Source: a virus
Lineage: Duplodnaviria; Caudoviricetes
Strand: one strand, 5' to 3'
Length of the DNA: 42,231 bases
IMG/VR virus record: IMGVR_UViG_3300032053_004601
Coordinates: 1-42,231 of that record
Each line of letters begins with the position of its first letter. The stretch's first letter is position 1. Position numbers and translations under genes: made by a program. Shown here piece by piece: positions 33,796 to 42,231 of this stretch. The notes beneath the pieces were generated by a model that did no database searches, had not been told where the DNA came from, and was given only the letters and a program-made list of their open reading frames with translations.

Positions 33796-35973
33796 TCACC
33801 ATCCTATTTTTATAATTCCTGCACTCGTCTTGTCCATAAACTTTCTTGCCTTGTCGTAGTCTTCCATACTCTGCATATCTTCTTCGTCCGGCTTCATTTC
33901 AGCCCAAAGAGCTTCTTCCGTCATAATGTCTTCATCCGGAGAAGGTTCCGGGTCTCCTCGCAACCACCGTACAGAATCAGCCCTCAAGATTTCCTCGGCT
34001 GTACGAATATTCGGCAAACTCTCATAAATATTTTCGTCTCTAACCCCCATCCCCATATAGACCGTAGCATTCCAGACAGCCCCCGCCAAAGCATCTGCCG
34101 TATCTTTAGCCCCTCCGGGAGGATGATTAATCTTCCCTGTGACTGAATCTCTCATCAACTGCCGCAACTCACGAATGACGGGTTCGTAATAATACATCCG
34201 AAGTCTATTCTCGTAAATCGTTTCCTTCAATACGTTGTACGGGTCCGCCGTCTTATCCACAGATAAATATCCGACAACGGAGTCTCCAAATCTTTTCTTT
34301 AACAACTGCTGTGAGTCCTTACTCTGGAACTGGTCATACGTTATACGAGCAAATTTGAATCCAAGAAAAAGAGAACAATCATGAAGGATGTTTCTTATCG
34401 TCTCAATCTGGATTTCACCACCAATCGGAGGAACTATCTTCAACAACAAATCAACATAGACCAAAGGCCGAGTCTCTGCCATTCTCGTCTCAGAACCAGC
34501 CTGCGTCATGACAGTTCTGGTCACATCCATGACCTCTCCAATATGGCAAACACAAAGACCGCATGAATCAGTTGATATTCCTAAATCGATATGGGCAAAT
34601 CGAGTAGCATTAGGATGCATAAGTAAAACTGGTTTTGTTTCTCTCCCAAAAGGAGACACAAGACTTCCCAACTGTAGAGAATCAGGAAGAGAGTCAAAGG
34701 GAAGACCAGAACCGTAAACCTCGGAAAATGGAACTGGAATGTCTGTAGCTACAGAAGTCGATATTTTCTCGTCTTGGGTTATAAATCTGTCAACACTCTT
34801 GACGTTCACACCCATCTCATCCCGCACAGACCCCTCAATATCTCTCTCAAAGTCTGTCTGGTATTCAACCGGGACTTCCTCAACCCTCCCCCGCAGACGG
34901 TACGCCTCGGCCTCTTCGTCAGACCTCATTATTTTTGGAGGAAGGATGTTATTCCCGACAAAGACATAAAACTTCTTACCTGAGTATCTGGAAGGTGGCT
35001 TTGTTTCCCACCCAGAATGTTCAATCATCAGAGTATCTGAATCAGATTCCTTGGATATCTTCTCAAGAAAGTCGTCAGGATACTTAGCAGAACTGTTAAG
35101 TATCAGCATACCGGGAAGTCTTCCGACCTTCTGGTATCTAGACTTCATCCTTCTCCATATGGAATCATGCAACTTCTTAGCTTGGTCCCATTCCCTCTCT
35201 CCAACAGAACGGATTTTCTTACTCGTCGATGAGACTTGAAAAAAGTTAGCCTCTTCTATGACCCCACCAAACAAGTTCTCCCCCAAAGGAGCAAGCTCGG
35301 ACGAAGACCCCGGAACAAAAGATATGTTCTTCTGCCTCCATATAAGAACCGACTCGACATCGGTATCTCTAGGAAACTTTTCTCTGAACCACGGAGACGC
35401 ATCAATCATTTCCTTGAGACCGCTAAAAAATACCCTACGTGCGTGTGTAGCAGTCGTAGAGAGGTTCATGAACGTAATCATAGACCCCCCGGAAAGACCA
35501 AAATATTCCTGTGGTCTACGAAGACAGCCCAACTCATACAGCAGGCGGGCCATGATTAAATCACTCAGAAAGGTCTTTCCCCAACCAATAGCTCCCTTCA
35601 AAATCAATCTTAGCGGGCGAGGATTCGATTCCATGACCCGTATGAATTCACTGCTGACAACGGGCCAAACACTCTCACCGATACGACCAAAATAATCCCT
35701 ATCCATCAACCACTGTGTCGGAGATACTGGCGCATAGGTATACTTGTCCTTCAAGTATGCGGAAGGTTTTATAAACTTTGGATTTCCAGTCTTGGTAGTC
35801 GCCTGAATGAGCATATGGTAAGCTTCCTCGGCTGATATACCGAGGTCGGCTTGAATATCGTCACCAAGACTCTTTAATATGGCTTCCGTCTGTTTTTCTT
35901 TTTCAGATTTTTCCTGCATTTGGCACAACCCTATCCCGCTTGACGTTCTCGTAGAACGGATACGGGTGAACAA
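33796..35973 (-). CDS. terL: terminase large subunit
   Basis: Walker A GAIGWGKT, Walker B VIEE, nuclease AHIDLG...YDQFQS...INHP...KDTADA; true start may be MQEK at 35919. Confidence 0.92.
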   Translation of the reverse strand: MFTRIRSTRTSSGIGLCQMQEKSEKEKQTEAILKSLGDDIQADLGISAEEAYHMLIQATTKTGNPKFIKPSAYLKDKYTYAPVSPTQWLMDRDYFGRIGESVWPVVSSEFIRVMESNPRPLRLILKGAIGWGKTFLSDLIMARLLYELGCLRRPQEYFGLSGGSMITFMNLSTTATHARRVFFSGLKEMIDASPWFREKFPRDTDVESVLIWRQKNISFVPGSSSELAPLGENLFGGVIEEANFFQVSSTSKKIRSVGEREWDQAKKLHDSIWRRMKSRYQKVGRLPGMLILNSSAKYPDDFLEKISKESDSDTLMIEHSGWETKPPSRYSGKKFYVFVGNNILPPKIMRSDEEAEAYRLRGRVEEVPVEYQTDFERDIEGSVRDEMGVNVKSVDRFITQDEKISTSVATDIPVPFSEVYGSGLPFDSLPDSLQLGSLVSPFGRETKPVLLMHPNATRFAHIDLGISTDSCGLCVCHIGEVMDVTRTVMTQAGSETRMAETRPLVYVDLLLKIVPPIGGEIQIETIRNILHDCSLFLGFKFARITYDQFQSKDSQQLLKKRFGDSVVGYLSVDKTADPYNVLKETIYENRLRMYYYEPVIRELRQLMRDSVTGKINHPPGGAKDTADALAGAVWNATVYMGMGVRDENIYESLPNIRTAEEILRADSVRWLRGDPEPSPDEDIMTEEALWAEMKPDEEDMQSMEDYDKARKFMDKTSAGIIKIGW

Positions 35974-37231
35974 TCTTGAAGTCCTTTACAAATTCACCAG
36001 TGTACTGTTTCCACAGACCGACTTTGTCAATGTACTCGCGCCATTGCTCAAGATTCGTCCAGAGTCTCCGCCCTCCCATAATCTTCTCCGTATCCTCCAT
36101 CGTCCCCCTGCGAAGAAGTGTCTTTGAATGGGAAGCGGTCAGCCGAAGTATTGGAAAAGTCCTGAACCTTAGGTTCCGACTATTGAGAGCATTGTGAAGA
36201 AGACGTTGGTCCTGCGGTTTCTCCTGTGACAGGTCGTAGTTCTCCATAGGAGTTCCGGGTGTCGGGTCAATGGGAGTGAACTTAGCCATGATTCTCGGGT
36301 ACAGGTCAACTCCCGGAGGTATTGCCTGATACAACAACTCGTCCATCTCATAAGGATTTTCCAAAATGAAGAACAGCTCTGTCTGTAATTCCATGTTCTT
36401 TGTAATGTCTATGACAGCTCTTATCTCTTCGTTTGTTATCGGCTTGCCGTACCACTCTCTGCGCTTCTCCGTCATCCCCTCAATCCCAATGTGCAGTAGG
36501 TGATGATGTTTGAACTGATGAGTACTAGCCAAGAAGCGTTTGACAGAGACACTGGCAGCCGCAGCCGAGGTTCCGGGGGATTCAAACTCTCCCGTATCGT
36601 TCCCTATCAAATACATGGCGCAATTCTGCCCCGCCTTCGCTAGATTCTTGAACTGCTTCTTGCTGTGTCTAGGATTCACCGTGAAAGGATTCATCCAAGA
36701 GGAATGACAAAAGACGCATTTGTTCCGGCATCCCTTTGAGACCATATAGTAGTAGACATACTTTTGAACTTTGACTACAGGCAGTTCCTCCCACGGAATG
36801 AAATAGCTTGGCTTTATTTCCTGCCCTATCTTGGACCTTGTCGCCATGTAAGGTTGCTCTTCAACCCACTCAACGAGTCCCTGCAGACCTTTATCCACGG
36901 GGACGTTCTGCATGAACTCAAAGCCTTCGCCCACACATACGGCATCTGCGTATGTGAGTATGTACGCCGGGGAGAATCCCTCTATTCCTCCGGCTATGAT
37001 ATAAACATCGGGATGGGCCTGCCTTAACATACGCAGTCGAATAATATCAATCGGGTCGTAAACACTGAATAGTATAACGTTGAATCTTTCGGAATTGTCT
37101 ATTCTAATATTACGCTTCCCCATAAAGAACTTGAACATTCCGAACACATAGCCCTCAAGCATATGCTTCTGGGACGGAGCATACCAAAGGAGAATATCGT
37201 CAGAACTTCTTACACGCGTTTCTTCTGTCAT
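35903..37231 (-). CDS. radical SAM protein with B12-binding-like N-terminal region
   Basis: IIAGG...DAVCVGEG, then SKGCRNKCVFC, IGIEG, PTPGTP. Confidence 0.85.
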   Translation of the reverse strand: MTEETRVRSSDDILLWYAPSQKHMLEGYVFGMFKFFMGKRNIRIDNSERFNVILFSVYDPIDIIRLRMLRQAHPDVYIIAGGIEGFSPAYILTYADAVCVGEGFEFMQNVPVDKGLQGLVEWVEEQPYMATRSKIGQEIKPSYFIPWEELPVVKVQKYVYYYMVSKGCRNKCVFCHSSWMNPFTVNPRHSKKQFKNLAKAGQNCAMYLIGNDTGEFESPGTSAAAASVSVKRFLASTHQFKHHHLLHIGIEGMTEKRREWYGKPITNEEIRAVIDITKNMELQTELFFILENPYEMDELLYQAIPPGVDLYPRIMAKFTPIDPTPGTPMENYDLSQEKPQDQRLLHNALNSRNLRFRTFPILRLTASHSKTLLRRGTMEDTEKIMGGRRLWTNLEQWREYIDKVGLWKQYTGEFVKDFKIVHPYPFYENVKRDRVVPNAGKI

Positions 37232-37416
37232 GCCTTCTTGACTTTGGAACTCTTTTTAATCTTTTTATGAGAACGCAAATAGTATTCACACTTATCGTTC
37301 TTCCGTGGAGTCCCCAAAAAGTAGGATTTATATTTAGGGTCGGACTTCCCCATATACCTCCTACATAATTCCCGTAGGGGGCATTCCGTATCTAAGCATC
37401 TCGTCGTATCAGGCAT
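37228..37416 (-). CDS. small Cys-rich protein
   Basis: C-x4-C-x4-C...CEYY. Confidence 0.6.
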   Translation of the reverse strand: MPDTTRCLDTECPLRELCRRYMGKSDPKYKSYFLGTPRKNDKCEYYLRSHKKIKKSSKVKKA

Positions 37417-38242
37417 CCTGTTTCTTTACTGCCTTCTTTTTTTTAAGCTCTTCGTACTCTTCCCTCTCGGCTGCCTTCCGGGCCTCTCTTTGCGCCATCC
37501 GGGTGTCATGTATATCCTCAATCTTACCGGGCGGAGGAGCAGCCCCAAGTTCTCTCTCAAGCTCTCCCAAAGTCTTCTCAATAATCCACTCACACGCCCG
37601 CCTGCGACCCTCGCGTGTAAGCCCGTATTTGCGCGTGAGCAAAGATACTACAGGCTCGACCACAGTCCTCTTGACCATGCCGCTATAATTCCCCACCCCG
37701 ACAACCGTCCACTCCCCGAATATGGGCATCCGGTTCTTTATTCCTTCTACGTTATCTTCGTCCCAGATGTCCAGTATGGGAAGCGTAGACTCGTCGGGGG
37801 TCATGTCTTTAAGAAGAGTCTGTAAATCCACGGACTTGCCCGTATACACTTCAAGCTCGGACAAAGTAAGCTCATTCTCAAACGGCTTAATCAGGCTGGC
37901 AGTATCCAACTCGTTATAAAAGCCAAAGTGTTGATTATCCAGAAAAGACAACTCTATCTTCTCGGCCTCGCTACTCGGATAATTGACAGACACCTGAACT
38001 AACTTGCTCGCGGGGAACTTTAGTATTTCCTTCATGGCCCTCCAGCGCATGTTTCCTCCCCCGGTAACATAACGCAGAGGCTCCCCCTCTTTCCAGCAGG
38101 TCAGCGTCTGGAACTGCCCCCACTTCTCCATGCTCTTCGCCAAAAGCCTGAGTTTGTCCGGAAGTATCTGGCGCGGGTTCTTCTCCCACGCGGTTATCAT
38201 GCCGAACTCGATAGAGACAAACTCAGGTGGTCTTTCTGGCAC
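37409..38242 (-). CDS. ParB/Srx N-terminal domain protein
   Basis: WEKNPRQI...LAKSMEKWG...GGNMRWRA...DN. Confidence 0.8.
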   Translation of the reverse strand: MPERPPEFVSIEFGMITAWEKNPRQILPDKLRLLAKSMEKWGQFQTLTCWKEGEPLRYVTGGGNMRWRAMKEILKFPASKLVQVSVNYPSSEAEKIELSFLDNQHFGFYNELDTASLIKPFENELTLSELEVYTGKSVDLQTLLKDMTPDESTLPILDIWDEDNVEGIKNRMPIFGEWTVVGVGNYSGMVKRTVVEPVVSLLTRKYGLTREGRRRACEWIIEKTLGELERELGAAPPPGKIEDIHDTRMAQREARKAAEREEYEELKKKKAVKKQDA

Positions 38243-38621
38243 GGGCCTTCCTCCGTCTGGGCTTCGTGGTCATTTCGGTATCAGTACCATTTATCCAATC
38301 TATCGCTATCCTATCAATCCATCTTCCCGAACCTCCTCCTCCCCCTGTTTCTAAATTAGCCGTGAACTCTGGGTGCGTAAAAGACCCCCACTCAGGAGAG
38401 ACTTCCCACACTGCCCTAAGCGTGTGCCTGTCCACAACTATTCTCTCCTCTATCAAAGGCTTTTCAGCAATAGAAAGAATGTCTTTCCATTGTGTCATTT
38501 CATTAAGTTTTATCTCCGGTATGACGGGCAATTTCAGTTTCATATTCTTCATCTTTCCCATGGGGGCTGCTTCAATCCAAATCCCGGAGGGTAGTCGCTC
38601 ATATGCTCTTCCCCGACGCAA
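38223..38621 (-). CDS. hypothetical protein
   Basis: Tiling minus-strand ORF; start uncertain. Confidence 0.4.
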   Translation of the reverse strand: MRRGRAYERLPSGIWIEAAPMGKMKNMKLKLPVIPEIKLNEMTQWKDILSIAEKPLIEERIVVDRHTLRAVWEVSPEWGSFTHPEFTANLETGGGGGSGRWIDRIAIDWINGTDTEMTTKPRRRKARARKTT

Positions 38622-38776
38622 GACCCCTTATCGCTTGGAAGTCCGGCAAGGACGGCAATGATGTCTGTCAGTATGACCATATGCATTTCTTTATTCGGCA
38701 CGGCTTTGTCTTGCCGTATGCCCTCAATCCATCCAGCGACATACGTCATCAACTCCCTTCGCCTCTCAACCGTCAT
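38549..38776 (-). CDS. hypothetical protein
   Basis: Tiling minus-strand ORF. Confidence 0.45.
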   Translation of the reverse strand: MTVERRRELMTYVAGWIEGIRQDKAVPNKEMHMVILTDIIAVLAGLPSDKGSCVGEEHMSDYPPGFGLKQPPWER

Positions 38777-38910
38777 TTATTCTTCCCCTTCGGTTTCCAC
38801 CCATGAGCATAAGCCTTAGCCACCTTCTCAAAGTTGTCCCTCTTCTTCTCCGAGCCGAACTTCCTAATCTTACCGCTCGACATTTTAATGGTCTTCTTAC
38901 CTATCTTCAT
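38773..38910 (-). CDS. 45-aa basic protein (not in ORF track)
   Basis: Hand translation MKIGKKTIKMSSGKIRKF...AYAHGWKP; AGGAG RBS; ATGA overlap downstream. Confidence 0.5.
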   Translation of the reverse strand: MKIGKKTIKMSSGKIRKFGSEKKRDNFEKVAKAYAHGWKPKGKNK

Positions 38911-39162
38911 TTACTTTTCTCCTTGCAGTTTGTGTCCGTGCATGACCCGGCTCCAATCGGGACCGAGGAGCTGCCTAAGATTAAGAATCTCCCCCTTCTT
39001 CATCTTAATCAGAACCTCCTTCTCTTTCAGGCTCTTGATATAACCAACATAATTCTCCACAGCCCTCTTCGTCTCGGGACTGTACTTCCCATTAAGAGCA
39101 ATACTCTCACGCACCGCCTGAAGGGGATTCTCGCCCACGACATCTTTCTTTTCCGTACTCAT
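38911..39162 (-). CDS. hypothetical protein
   Basis: Tiling ORF with AGGAG RBS. Confidence 0.5.
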   Translation of the reverse strand: MSTEKKDVVGENPLQAVRESIALNGKYSPETKRAVENYVGYIKSLKEKEVLIKMKKGEILNLRQLLGPDWSRVMHGHKLQGEK

Positions 39163-39326
39163 TTAATTTTCTCTCCTACAAGACATTTATTTCTTTCGTA
39201 AAAGACACAAACGACAGACTTCTTTTCCTTCTCCGTCAGACAACACCCAAGCCCATGCGCCACCGTAGGGGACATGTACATCCGGCACAGATTCTGTTTC
39301 GGGCAGAACCCGGAATCATTTTTCAT
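39159..39326 (-). CDS. 55-aa Cys-rich protein (not in ORF track)
   Basis: Hand translation MKNDSGFCPKQNLCRMY...CC...CVFY. Confidence 0.4.
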   Translation of the reverse strand: MKNDSGFCPKQNLCRMYMSPTVAHGLGCCLTEKEKKSVVCVFYERNKCLVGEKIK

Positions 39327-39567
39327 CTATCATAACTCCGATAGCCCGCAGCCGGGACTCAATCCATAACAGGGCCGCCTCCGGGTGACTACGACTGAAA
39401 TCCATGCCCGACAACTCCCCCGCCAGCATCCGCAGATTCGTCCGGCTCACATGCGTGGCTGCCTGCGCCGTCTTTGAAGCAGTCCCCTCGACCAACTCGT
39501 TATAACGCCTCTCCCAATCAATGGGGGCCGTCTTTGGAGCCATAATGTCCTTGCTCGTAGAAGTCAT
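39316..39567 (-). CDS. hypothetical protein
   Basis: Tiling ORF with GAGG RBS. Confidence 0.5.
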   Translation of the reverse strand: MTSTSKDIMAPKTAPIDWERRYNELVEGTASKTAQAATHVSRTNLRMLAGELSGMDFSRSHPEAALLWIESRLRAIGVMIDEK

Positions 39568-39834
39568 TTAAGCCTCCTCTTTCTTAGGCAGTCCTTCCAA
39601 CAAATCTTTTATCGTGGGCCAAGCATTCACATGGCCCTCCGTAAGACACGCCTTAGCGTCTTTCTTATCCACCAAGTCAGCCAACTCCAAAAAAGATATC
39701 ACCTCCTCCACCGCAATCCTTCTACTTTTATGTTTTGGCGGACCTTCGTGGTGTGTCTGCCACTGCCTTCTACCATTCAGAATCGATATCGCGTCCTTAA
39801 ACTTTTCACTCATTTGTAATGTCTCCGTTGTCAA
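39568..39834 (-). CDS. hypothetical protein
   Basis: Tiling ORF; start uncertain. Confidence 0.5.
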   Translation of the reverse strand: MTTETLQMSEKFKDAISILNGRRQWQTHHEGPPKHKSRRIAVEEVISFLELADLVDKKDAKACLTEGHVNAWPTIKDLLEGLPKKEEA

Positions 39835-39926
39835 TTATTTTTGTATGACCCTCTAAAAATGGGCCGTGTAGGAATTGGGTGTTCCGCTTATCCCAAGGGG
39901 GGTAGGCAAACTCTATCCCGAATGAT

Positions 39927-40505
39927 TTATGTTTTATCTTCTTCATTTCGATAATCCTCGCTTGTGTTCCCTGTACGCGCAAACGCCATTGTTTGGCTGG
40001 TCATATATGTATATGCCGAATCATAATTGACATTGTAATTGTAAGTGTGTGCTATACCTATGCTCTGCGCCCTCTCCCATGCATCAAGGTTCTCTCCCAA
40101 AAATATGAACTGCCACCCTGCTTGCTCTCTATCCTTGACCATATCTCTTATGTTGGGCAGGGTAAACTCTTTAGACTCGTTCTCTTCCCCATCTGTCATG
40201 ACCACGACTAAAGTGCGCACTACAGCATCATCATGCATAGCCCTGTTGATAGCCTCGCCCATAGCGTCATACAAAGGCGTACCCAAATCAGGCTTGTACA
40301 TCTCTTCTGTCAATATAGGATTATCTAAATAGTCTCTCTTGCCCGTATGGAACAATAGCACTCGTATGTCATAAGTAAAGTCCCCCTGTGCATGCAACGT
40401 GCGTATGTAGTTATTATAGCCATCTAGAACAAGCCCTCTTTTGGGCATCATACTGCCTGACTCATCCAATACTAAAACTACTCTAACTCTTTCTAAATCA
40501 ACCAT
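39927..40505 (-). CDS. von Willebrand factor A domain protein
   Basis: MIDAS DESGSM, GTPLYDAMG, VMTDGEEN. Confidence 0.9.
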   Translation of the reverse strand: MVDLERVRVVLVLDESGSMMPKRGLVLDGYNNYIRTLHAQGDFTYDIRVLLFHTGKRDYLDNPILTEEMYKPDLGTPLYDAMGEAINRAMHDDAVVRTLVVVMTDGEENESKEFTLPNIRDMVKDREQAGWQFIFLGENLDAWERAQSIGIAHTYNYNVNYDSAYTYMTSQTMAFARTGNTSEDYRNEEDKT

Positions 40506-40564
40506 TTACATACCTCCAACCAAATATGTAAGTTATTGGGGATAAGCCCTTTACAAGCACTATT

Positions 40565-40592
40565 AGTTGACATAATGCTTCTTATGCGACTC
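40565..40592 (-). other. dif-like XerC/XerD recombination site
   Basis: Minus strand reads GAGTCGCATAA-GAAGCA-TTATGTCAACT (11-6-11), intergenic; compare E. coli dif GGTGCGCATAA-TGTATA-TTATGTTAAAT. Confidence 0.8.
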
Positions 40593-40618
40593 ATGTTAAA
40601 CTGCTTAAAACAAACAAC

Positions 40619-41383
40619 TTAACTCTTTTCCTCAAACGCGTCTACAAAAGCCTCAGGTGCTTTTTTACGCAAGTACTCCATCAGCCTATCGACCTTATCT
40701 GCCTCACTCTCAGGCAGTCTACGCTTATCAGGTATGATTTGCTCAGGCATCTGGTCTACTATCTTGGACAGGTAAACGTCCAACTCAATCATATCTTTGG
40801 CTTCTTTAAAACTGCGTATCTCTATGCCATGGTCTACCAAATCTTTGCGTAAAAGCTTGAGTCTTTCCTCTGCGTCTTTCTTATGGGCAGTAGGAATGTC
40901 AGGGTGCATCAACTGCTCTTCTATGCTCATGATTGCATTGAGTAGTTTGACTGACTTGCCCAGCTTGCGGCTAAAGGCTACTATGCCCTGCTGTACGAGC
41001 GCACGGTAGCCCATTATGTTCTTCTGACTGGCTACAACCTTCTCCCTCATCTCAGCATCGTTACGGATACGGTCTTCTGTCTCCTTACGCTTGACCCACT
41101 CCTTCCAATGCTCCTTCCATGCCCATCGTTTTATCTTGGTATAGAAGGAGTTCATCTTCGTCTTATACCGAATATCCGTTTCATTACATCCGGGTACTGT
41201 CTCTTTGAACCTTATCTTTGCACACTCCCACATCGTCCTTCGTTCCCCCAACCAGAAATAACACTCAAAGCTCTCTACGTGTTTTGGGTATTCTGCGAAA
41301 ACGTCATCTGGTGGACTTGTTTCTTCCTCCCCTTCTTCCCTTACTTCCACTTCCTCTTCTATTCCGTCTTTTTCTTCGTTCAT
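40619..41383 (-). CDS. putative terminase small subunit / DNA-binding protein
   Basis: FECYFWLGERRT...KRWAWKEHWKEW plus coiled coil; pattern typical of TerS-like HTH proteins. Confidence 0.5.
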   Translation of the reverse strand: MNEEKDGIEEEVEVREEGEEETSPPDDVFAEYPKHVESFECYFWLGERRTMWECAKIRFKETVPGCNETDIRYKTKMNSFYTKIKRWAWKEHWKEWVKRKETEDRIRNDAEMREKVVASQKNIMGYRALVQQGIVAFSRKLGKSVKLLNAIMSIEEQLMHPDIPTAHKKDAEERLKLLRKDLVDHGIEIRSFKEAKDMIELDVYLSKIVDQMPEQIIPDKRRLPESEADKVDRLMEYLRKKAPEAFVDAFEEKS

Positions 41384-41392
41384 CTTGTTTTT

Positions 41393-41421
41393 ATTATCTG
41401 GTTTTTCTATTTGTTTGTCAA
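41393..41421 (-). promoter_or_regulatory. sigma70-type promoter
   Basis: TTGACA (41421-41416), N17, GATAAT (41398-41393). Confidence 0.7.
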
Positions 41422-41540
41422 GGGAAAATCCACTTCTGTCTTTCGTCTTTTGCTACAGCTTTAATACATTGAATTGTAGTGTCTGATAGTCTTTCAATAT
41501 GTTTTGCTTTTTCTTATATAAGATTTGTCTTTCCGTTTTG

Positions 41541-41768
41541 TTATACCCTCGATACATTTTTACTTGGTTTAAGCTTCCTATTCTTTTTAGGGTCAATTAC
41601 AAAAGGCTTTAAAACCTCCCGCTCCATTTCTGCATCCAAACTCTTATGCCCCATATGACAGAGTATCCATTCATTCAACATGGGGTCTTTATAATCTGAA
41701 AAGACAACCCAACCGCCACAACTGCAAGACAATTTTATTTCCGTGCTTGGTTTATACGGGTGAGCCAT
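41541..41768 (-). CDS. small putative Zn-binding protein
   Basis: CSCG...W..CHMGH. Confidence 0.5.
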   Translation of the reverse strand: MAHPYKPSTEIKLSCSCGGWVVFSDYKDPMLNEWILCHMGHKSLDAEMEREVLKPFVIDPKKNRKLKPSKNVSRV

Positions 41769-42035
41769 TTAACTTACCTCGTCTCCCGGCCCGGAGATAG
41801 ACACTTGGAGTCGCCGCTCGTCGTGCTTGCTTCCGGTCAAATCGAAGAACTCCATGAGTCGGAATATCAACAGCAATCCCGCCTCAAGGTTTCCCCATTG
41901 GCTTTCGTCCTCGGCAATGACCTCGCGGCCTGTGGTCGTGATTCCCGCGCCATCCTCGTATGTCTCGTATACGTTGGGGAACTCCAGCAGGTAGCCATTG
42001 TCAACTTTCTCGATAGACATTTTGTAATCGCTCAT
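41769..42035 (-). CDS. hypothetical protein
   Basis: IEKVDNGYLL...GSKHD; AGGAGG RBS. Confidence 0.6.
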   Translation of the reverse strand: MSDYKMSIEKVDNGYLLEFPNVYETYEDGAGITTTGREVIAEDESQWGNLEAGLLLIFRLMEFFDLTGSKHDERRLQVSISGPGDEVS

Positions 42036-42231
42036 GCTTCCTCCTTTACTTGACTCATCGTTTTTTTCATAAAGTCATTGCAGACAAAGCTTGAATTTGG
42101 GGCTGCTAGAACTTTGCAGTTACTCTGACATTCCCTGCATACCTCCTGATAGCCGCGCATGGCATTGGCAAAACACTTTTCCCTATAGGCTGCCCGTCTG
42201 CTTTTTAAAGATACGTCTGGATAGGCTTTAA
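42032..42231 (-). CDS. partial Cys-containing hypothetical protein (5' truncated)
   Basis: Open frame ...CRECQSNCK...C ending in an ATGA overlap. Confidence 0.45.
   Translation of the reverse strand, partial: KAYPDVSLKSRRAAYREKCFANAMRGYQEVCRECQSNCKVLAAPNSSFVCNDFMKKTMSQVKEEA

Noticed and set aside
33796-35973. Long terminase suggesting an intein or intron
   Set aside because: No intein splice motifs or homing-endonuclease signature seen; the frame is continuous.
39835-39926. Intergenic stretch with a C/G run as a possible cos/pac site or ncRNA
   Set aside because: No convincing symmetry or repeat; cannot be supported without read-end data.
40567-40576. Plus-strand TTGACATAAT as a promoter
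   Set aside because: No properly spaced -10 and no plus-strand gene; better explained as the XerD arm of the dif-like site.
179-42053. Many plus-strand ORFs in the track (e.g. 2774..3706, 14590..15378, 28056..28829)
   Set aside because: They lie antisense to well-supported minus-strand genes and show no recognisable motifs; treated as shadow ORFs.
1-42231. tRNA genes, integrase/transposase, reverse transcriptase/DGR, stop-codon recoding
   Set aside because: None recognised by eye. Genes tile densely under the standard code and end in TAA, TGA and TAG. tRNAscan/Infernal were not run.

Overview
The window is a 42-kb segment of a tailed dsDNA bacteriophage (or prophage) genome. Essentially all real genes lie on the minus strand in one late/morphogenesis block. 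Read right to left it contains: small accessory genes with a dif-like XerCD site; TerS-like, vWA, ParB-N and radical SAM genes; large terminase; degenerate QueD; a T4 gp20-like portal; a ~12.6-kb cargo island; holin- and spanin-like genes; a T4 gp21-like prohead protease-scaffold; a T4 gp23-like major capsid protein; an ~8-kb glycan-building cluster; neck and tail-completion genes; tail tube; a G/GT chaperone with a -1 frameshift; and a tape measure gene truncated by the window edge. The standout observation is the cargo island between portal and protease. Twelve otherwise unrelated genes share 14 copies of a (hydrophobic)-x-E|G-[G/N/S]-x-x-S-G motif resembling a gp21-type protease cleavage and capsid-targeting tag. 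The cargo comprises three ADP-ribosyltransferase domains, a topoisomerase IB, a RelA/SpoT-like synthetase, two PI3/4-kinase/HipA-like kinases, a possible SAM lyase and six small basic proteins, with candidate antidotes interleaved. The second standout is the glycan cluster (GT9/GT2, TagD, LicD, methyltransferase, sulfatase, radical SAM) directly after the capsid gene, where three proteins share an EIFY(N/D) N-terminal module. All family calls are from motif recognition by eye; no searches were run.
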